Of a stretch of DNA of 64,000 nt, positions 57,855 through 64,000 are shown piece by piece. The position numbers were made by a program, and so were the translations under genes. Each line of letters begins with the position of its first letter. The first letter of the stretch is position 1. Under the pieces are notes generated by a model that ran no database searches, was not told where the DNA came from, and saw only the letters and a list, made by a program, of their open reading frames with translations. Source of the DNA: Eukaryota sp. GEM-RC1 (lineage: Eukaryota); the NCBI GenBank assembly GCA_040285855.1, contig JAUFOQ010000004.1, positions 124,001 through 188,000 on the forward strand, read 5' to 3'.

Positions 57855-60800
57855 TTATATGCGGTGAATTCGAAGGTATAATGTACATGATTTTTGTTCC
57901 TTTTCATGTGTTATTTCTAATTTACAAGTTTCTTCAGAGAAATGACCCCGCTCAAATAGAGACCAATCATTTTTGATTGGTGAAGCAGAAAATCTCCGTG
58001 ACGTTCTGGTTTGCAAAATTACCTGCATTCCTGGAAAATTTAAATTGATTGGAATTTGCAATTTTGAAGGTAGCATCACTAAATGATGAATTAAATATTT
58101 GAATTGTTTGTTCTGTGGGTCCATCGGTATCTGAATATTTAAAATATAGTGGAATAAAAACTTCTTCTTGGGTTATTGAAAATATTGTTTCCCGCTCAAA
58201 ATTGTTAAATTTGAGATGAAAATTGAATATTTCAGAACAACACTACAAATCACACTCGTGGATGATTGTATCGAGGTTGATAAGACAACTGATTGATCGT
58301 GGGCAATCCTCTTGCTGATAGAGCTCACGGTTACTGAGTCAGAACTTGATTTCTCAATCAATTTTGATTGATTCATTAAAGCAATGTCTGATGAGTCTGA
58401 GAGAGAGAAACTTAGAAAGACGTTTTCATCTTCTCGGTTTTCTAAGAGAATTTCTTTTTCAAACATGACGTTACAATTGATAAAGCCCAAATTAATTTCA
58501 GAATTTTTAAAGATTATTTTTGGTGGTATAACAGTGGCATTTAGATCAGTACAGCCTAATACTTGATATGGAGATTTAGTATAAAAGTAGATGGTTTGAG
58601 CAATTGATTGATTGGACTCCATTGCAATCAGAGGGTCAAAAACGATACTAATCACAGTTGATTGGTCACGTTGCAGAGAATTCTTAACTGTTTTAATTAT
58701 CTCAAATCCAGAAGTAATGGCAGGTATTGATAAGAAGAGATCAGAAAGGTCACAATGGGCCTGGACTTCAAACGACTTCTTGACACGACTTAATTTTGAT
58801 GAGAATTCTATATCAAGCGGACAATCTAGTTTCTTCTCCACTGATACATCAATTTTGAGTGGTAAGTAAACGTCGACAAACTGATCACGAGTGTTGACTC
58901 TGAAGATGGCGGTTTCAAAACCTGAAAAAGATCGTTGTAATGTTGGTTTAAAAGTGACAAGGACACATTGGCAACTTTGAGGTTTAAAACTAAACGTTGA
59001 AGGGAAAAACTTGTAGTTTTGGGAAGACGTGACTACAGAAACATTAATTTGGTGCTGAGAAGTATTAAAAACTCTGATAGATTTAGAAAATTCCAAATTT
59101 TCATCATTTACAGTGGGAGAAAACTCTAATTGAATGCAAGAAAACTCAATCGGAGATATAATAGCATCTCCAAAAAAGGAAAGTTTACTAGCACATTGAT
59201 TGTTGAATTGTTTTGGGATGAATAAAATCTGTGCTTTAAACTCAATTCCAATAGGTACAATTGTACAAAAAATTGTTTTAACTTCATTAGCTGAAAGAAG
59301 AAATTGAGATGAATCAAATGTTAACGTCACGTTTTGAGCGTCACAGTCGATGGAAACCTCTTGATCAACAGTCGTGTTATTCTTGACTTCAACAAATGTC
59401 TTCATGGGCTGATTGATAATCATCAACGGCAGTTTGATTGAAGAATGATTGATTGTGAGAATAGAAGGACACGGGAAGAAGGACAATGAATGGGTAATTA
59501 AAAGTTTGAAGTCACCCACTTTAAAGGAAAATTTTAAATATTGTTGAATTGAAGGATCAAAAGTTCCACCTGACAAATCCTCTAAATACACTGAAAATTT
59601 CAATTCGAACGGCTGATTTGATTGAAGAATCACTTCATTGGTAGGAAGAAATTCAACAACATTATTAAAATTTTGATTGACTGCAGATGACGTGATTGAG
59701 ACACGACGAGTTATTGGTGACGAGTTGATCAAAAACAGCGAAAATTTCAATTTTTGATTGACAGGTAGAAATCCCAAATCAGTACAATCAACACGAGATT
59801 GAGTGTCAGTGGATGAGATTACTTTGATTGGAGGATGTGATCCACTTGCCGATAACGTCAATTGATGACGTGACGATCCAATTGAAGAGCTCAAAAGTGC
59901 AACGACTTCACAAGAAACTGAAGCAGTTTTTGGTGCAATTTTGATAGGAATTGATTTTGTGCAATAAGGATCAACTGTAATCACATCATTTTTGATTGAT
60001 ACCATCCCAAAATCATCTTCCTTTTGAAAATCAACATGAAACTTTCCTTCAACAGCTGATCCGCACTTATTGATCACAATCAAATTCCTAGTCGTATAAG
60101 AATCACAAGGAACGTCATCAAGCTTTAGACTATTACTGTTTCCATCAAAACATACTTCAACTTCATGTCTAATTACTTTAACTACTACTGGAATCTTGAG
60201 TATAGACCATCCGTCCTGAACAGACGTTTTAACAAGCACTTCCCCAGATAAATCTTCTTCTCCGACATCAACGTGAACGGTGACGTCTCTGGAAAGACCT
60301 GGATTGACTTTCCCAGACGGACTCCAATCAATTTCGAACAAAGGAGAAAGTTCTGATGTGTCTATGGAAAAGATGATCTCAATACCGAGGTATTAGTCAG
60401 TGTGATTGATCGTGATTGATGCGAATTAGGAAGGCAGTCCTTAATCAAAATGATTGATTGAGATGGAGTAAACGTAGGTTTTGAAGAAGACTCGTTGGCT
60501 TCAAGCTGAGACCTGTACTTGAATAGAGATTTTGCTAAACAATCTCGTTCGAATTTTGACAATTTGTTTAAATATTTGTAATTTGAAAAACGGTTCAGAA
60601 TATCCTCTAAACCAGCGGATGGTAAAGTAGAGTTCAAGGAAACAGGAGCTTCATCGTTTGAGTCCGAATCATCAATCAAATTTGATTGATTATGAAGAGA
60701 AGGACTCAATGAGGGTTGTGATTCTTTGGCCGATTTACTTGGGAAAAAGGCTTTTTCTCAAAAACATCGACAACCAGCGAGCTGCAATTATCCAATTTTT

Positions 60801-61489
60801 GAACTTTTTTTAAATTTTCTTGTTGCTTTTGTTTCAACCGATTAATCCTATCTTCATACACACATCCCAATTCTTTAAATATTTGACAAAATTCCTTCTC
60901 CACCTCATCACAAACTCTTTTTGACCCCTTTTTGAGCTTCTGATTACAATGATGACGTTTCTTCCCTTGACTTCTCTGTACATCCATTTCTCTCTCCACC
61001 ATATACACATTCTCCCCCTTATCCTTAGCTTCCTTCAGTTTCTGACTTCTCCTTCTTCTTTCCTCTTTCAGACAATCTTGTCGTTTCAAAGTTTTTAGCT
61101 TATCATCTTCTCGAATTTGTTCAACTACTTCTTCTACTTCATTCAAGGCACACGCGATGTGAGTTTCTCTTTGGAACTTCTGTGTAACTAAAGTCTCTTC
61201 CTGTAGACGGTATTTGCTCTGTGTTTCAGCAAGGCGATGGCGAGCTTTTCTTCGTTCTTCTTTGGCAGTTTCAAGTTGTTTTTGAGTTGAATGAATAGAA
61301 GATAAAAGTTCGTGTTGTTTTTGATCTCGTGAGTCCTTGATTCGACGTAGATGATTCGTAGCCATTGTAAGTTCTCGAGAGAAGATTTTGTGAGAAGTAT
61401 CGGCAGGGTTTACTTCCTTTTTGAAGAAGGAGATGAGAAAGGAATATAGTTGGAAGAAGTAGGTAGGAGACTACCTGGGAGAGACTCAT
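57855..61489 (-). CDS. CFAP74-like ciliary protein (coiled coil plus ASH/Ig-like domains; frameshifts)
   Basis: Coiled coil in 60706-61365, then PSQSIILIKDC....RSITLTNTS...FEIDWSPSGKVNPGLS..V.V and repeated ASH-like beta domains; start uncertain. Confidence 0.6.
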
Positions 61490-61727
61490 TGGTGTAAATT
61501 GGAGCAGTGGAAGCTCGAGAATATGTACTTGATGAAGTTGGTGTTGATGTGTACATCTAAAGACTGTATCAGGACAGAAGAATCAGTCAGGTCTATGAAT
61601 ATTGAATAAAAAGTGGCCAAGAATTGTTTATGTCGGAAAACGAGAAAATATCTCAAATAGACACGTTCCAAACACCCATTATCAAAAATAGACACGTTGT
61701 TGAATCCTTCCAACATCCTCCTCCTTC

Positions 61728-62723
61728 ATGGATAAAGACGAGGAAACTGCGTTAGCATCTATTGTGCGTCAGAAGAACGAAGCTGCTGACAAACTCACTG
61801 CTGGATCTCTTTTTCTCAATAAAATGGAGTTACAAGTTGCTCTTAAGCATTATAACTTATTCCGTGGTGCTAAAACAAAAGTAACTGCAAGTAGTGGCGA
61901 TCGACTGTCGACCACATGTCTTGATGCACAATGCTCTTTCAAGTTAACATCTACATCACAACGTCCCGGTAGACGTACCATGTCTCGTAAGATTGTATTG
62001 GAGAAGTATCCCTTCAAAGTGAACCAGTTTTCCCCTCATACATGCCATGGATCCCTTTCTACTACCAATCCAAATGCATGTCCCTTATTCATCTCCAGAA
62101 ACCCTGTGGTCCGAACCAAGATTCGAGCAAATTCTTTTTATTTAACTCGAGACATAATGCATGATATGAAGATCCTTTACAATGTTGATGTTCCATATCT
62201 TACCGCACACAGGGCGAAGAAATTTTGTATCGACGATATGTTCGGCGGATATGAAGAAAACTTTTCTCTTCTTCCTCTCTATAAATACTACTTTGATCAG
62301 ACTGCTCAAGATTCTATTCTTATTTATTCCACTAATAATGAGATTTTTGACAAACTGTTTCTAATGTATGGAGCCAGTAGAAAAGGATTTGAATTTTGCA
62401 GCAAAGAGCTGCTCATGTAAACGATGGCAAAGAACGGCTACCCATGTCCTCACGCATTGGCTGTGTTTTTGAAGAAGAAAACGATGCCAACTGAAGGAAT
62501 TGAGGACATACATTCTCTTCAGAACTATGCCTGCACATATGTTGGTATTATTCCGATAATGCCTGATAGATCAGAATGGGCAGAAGTGAGAGGATTGGAT
62601 TGTGTGATTGCCCCCGATCCAAACAATGCTCCTGGTAGACCACGTAAGAAGAGAGCGGATCGTTTTGCATCGCATCAAGCAAGAAAAAGAAGGTTAAGAA
62701 GTCTGACATCGACAATTGGCTAG
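61728..62723 (+). mobile_element. Mutator/MULE transposase relic lacking the catalytic core
   Basis: MuDR-like N-terminus (FLNKMELQVAL...C....CSF...HTC), G.YEENFSLLP.Y, LF....ASRKGF..C, then directly SWIM-like GYPCPHALAV and PGRPRKKR. Confidence 0.8.
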
Positions 62724-62844
62724 CTGAGTTTGAGCCAGAGGAGAACCATGACAACTTGATAGAACTCAGAGATTTCCTAACCCAAAGAGGATCAAATTCA
62801 TATTCTTCTGTCTTCTACAGTAAACAGCTTATATAGTCTGTACT

Positions 62845-63642
62845 TAGGGTTGTTAAAATGAGCCGAGTCAAGCCTACAATTTGAAGCTTGACTTGACTCA
62901 TGAGTCAACCAAGCCTGACTCGAGCTGACTCACGGACAAAGATACAGGCTTGACTCGACTCATGAGTCAAACGAGCCTAACTCGAGCTGACTCATGTTGA
63001 CTACCTTTGACTTGACTTGGCTCATGAGTCAACCAAGCCTGACTCGAGCTTACTCATTTTGAATGCTGTTTTCTATTGTACTTTATAACATAACACAAAT
63101 CCTTCTGTTTTCTACTGATCTGAATTTACTATAGTTATTGCAGTATTGCACATAGTCTAGCCCTTTTCTTTGTTCCAATTTGGTTTGCAGCAGAGAACAA
63201 ACGTTCAATTGCTGCTGAACTTGGCTGAATGCTTAAGTAGTCGTGAACTAAGCTAGGGTAATCTGATTGGTAGCGTTTCCACCAATCTAGGGGATCCACC
63301 GCAGCATCGACTATGCCTATTGATAAGTAAACTCTCAGCTCATCCCGCACATTAACAAGCAAATGAATTTATACAGAGAACAGCTTTTAATTCCATGTAC
63401 AGGTGATTGTAATAGAATACGTTTAAATTGTACTAAATTATATTCATTAGAGCTAACTAGAGTAGATCTTACTCAAAGACAAAAACATATGCTTGACTCG
63501 ACTCATGAGTCAAACGAGCCTGACTTGAGCTGACTCACGGACAAAGATACAGGCTTGACTCGACTCATGAGTCAAACGAGCCTGACTCGAGCTGACTGAC
63601 TCAAAACTCAGTGAGTCAGCTTGACTCAAAATTACAATCCTA
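62845..63642 (-). mobile_element. hAT deletion derivative with GACTCATGAGTC subterminal arrays
   Basis: TIR TAGGGTTGT / ACAATCCTA; perfect TSD TCTGTACT (62837-62844, 63643-63650); ORF 63135-63362 PLDWWK...YLSIQPSSAAIERLFS...KKRARL. Confidence 0.92.
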
Positions 63643-64000
63643 TCTGTACTACTATAATTTGCTTTCAATTTTAGGTAAGTTACTCGGTGATGGACAGAAG
63701 AATCATAGTTTAGATACTTTAGTTAGTGTCTGTTAGTTAATAACTTCTGAAACTGCATTTATTTCACTGACTGATCATAAACCCCGTTTTTTAATTCATA
63801 TTTTGTCTTATAAATTAACGTTTATCTGTCACTACTCCCTAGTCTCCAAAATGTAAGAGAAAAACCATTACTATTAAAATATATTCACATGTTTATTTAC
63901 CTAAAGAATCCATTTGATTAACGAACTCACCAGCATTAATAACACCAGTAGCACCAATTAAAACCTGTCCATGTAAAGATAAATCATGAACAACCTTCAA

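Noticed and set aside
4811..61489. Widespread frameshifts read as programmed frameshifting or mass pseudogenisation
   Set aside because: They fall mostly in homopolymer runs, hit essential genes (BET3, TCTP, RSPH9, PIN4) and share no slippery or stop motif. Long-read indel errors are the simplest explanation.
62860..63630. Palindromic GACTCATGAGTC repeats as a CRISPR array
   Set aside because: No unique spacers or regular period; they lie inside a TIR/TSD-bounded hAT element in a eukaryotic context.
1..64000. tRNA, rRNA or prokaryotic operon structure
   Set aside because: No cloverleaf or rRNA signature was recognised by eye (a tRNAscan/Infernal run would be needed to exclude them); the gene content and introns are eukaryotic.

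Overview
AT-rich, gene-dense DNA from a flagellated eukaryotic microbe (protist). It has very short GT-AG introns (26-35 nt) and head-to-head gene pairs only 40-113 bp apart. Many conserved genes are broken by single-base indels in homopolymer runs, most likely long-read assembly errors. Host genes: ManC-type mannose-1-P guanylyltransferase, LSM5, PTH2, ATG13-like, CDC20, two zeta-type (CDCA-like) carbonic anhydrase paralogues, a giant IPT/TIG surface protein, BET3, PIN4, a ZIP transporter, TCTP, oligoribonuclease, a PPIE-like RRM protein, AAR2, TRS23, MAK/ICK kinase, archease, RPL38, PP4, an EML-like WD40 protein, a pseudokinase-RCC1 protein, RSPH9, a ricin-type lectin and a CFAP74-like gene. 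Between them lie at least six hAT families with 8-bp TSDs, a Tc1/mariner-pogo derivative, a MULE relic and many fragments of CRE-like RLE non-LTR retrotransposons, including a five-element nested stack at 30.7-35.3 kb. The highlight is 39886-43781: a Fanzor1 (eukaryotic TnpB-like RNA-guided nuclease) with an intact RuvC D-E-D triad. It appears fused to an N-terminal degenerate PolB-type 3'-5' exonuclease domain and two C-terminal CCHC zinc knuckles. It is interrupted by a hairpin-containing intron-like insert and followed directly by an 80-nt rod-like stem-loop (omegaRNA candidate). A second, divergent and dead Fanzor lies at 55.3-56.6 kb. All calls come from manual motif recognition; no searches were run.
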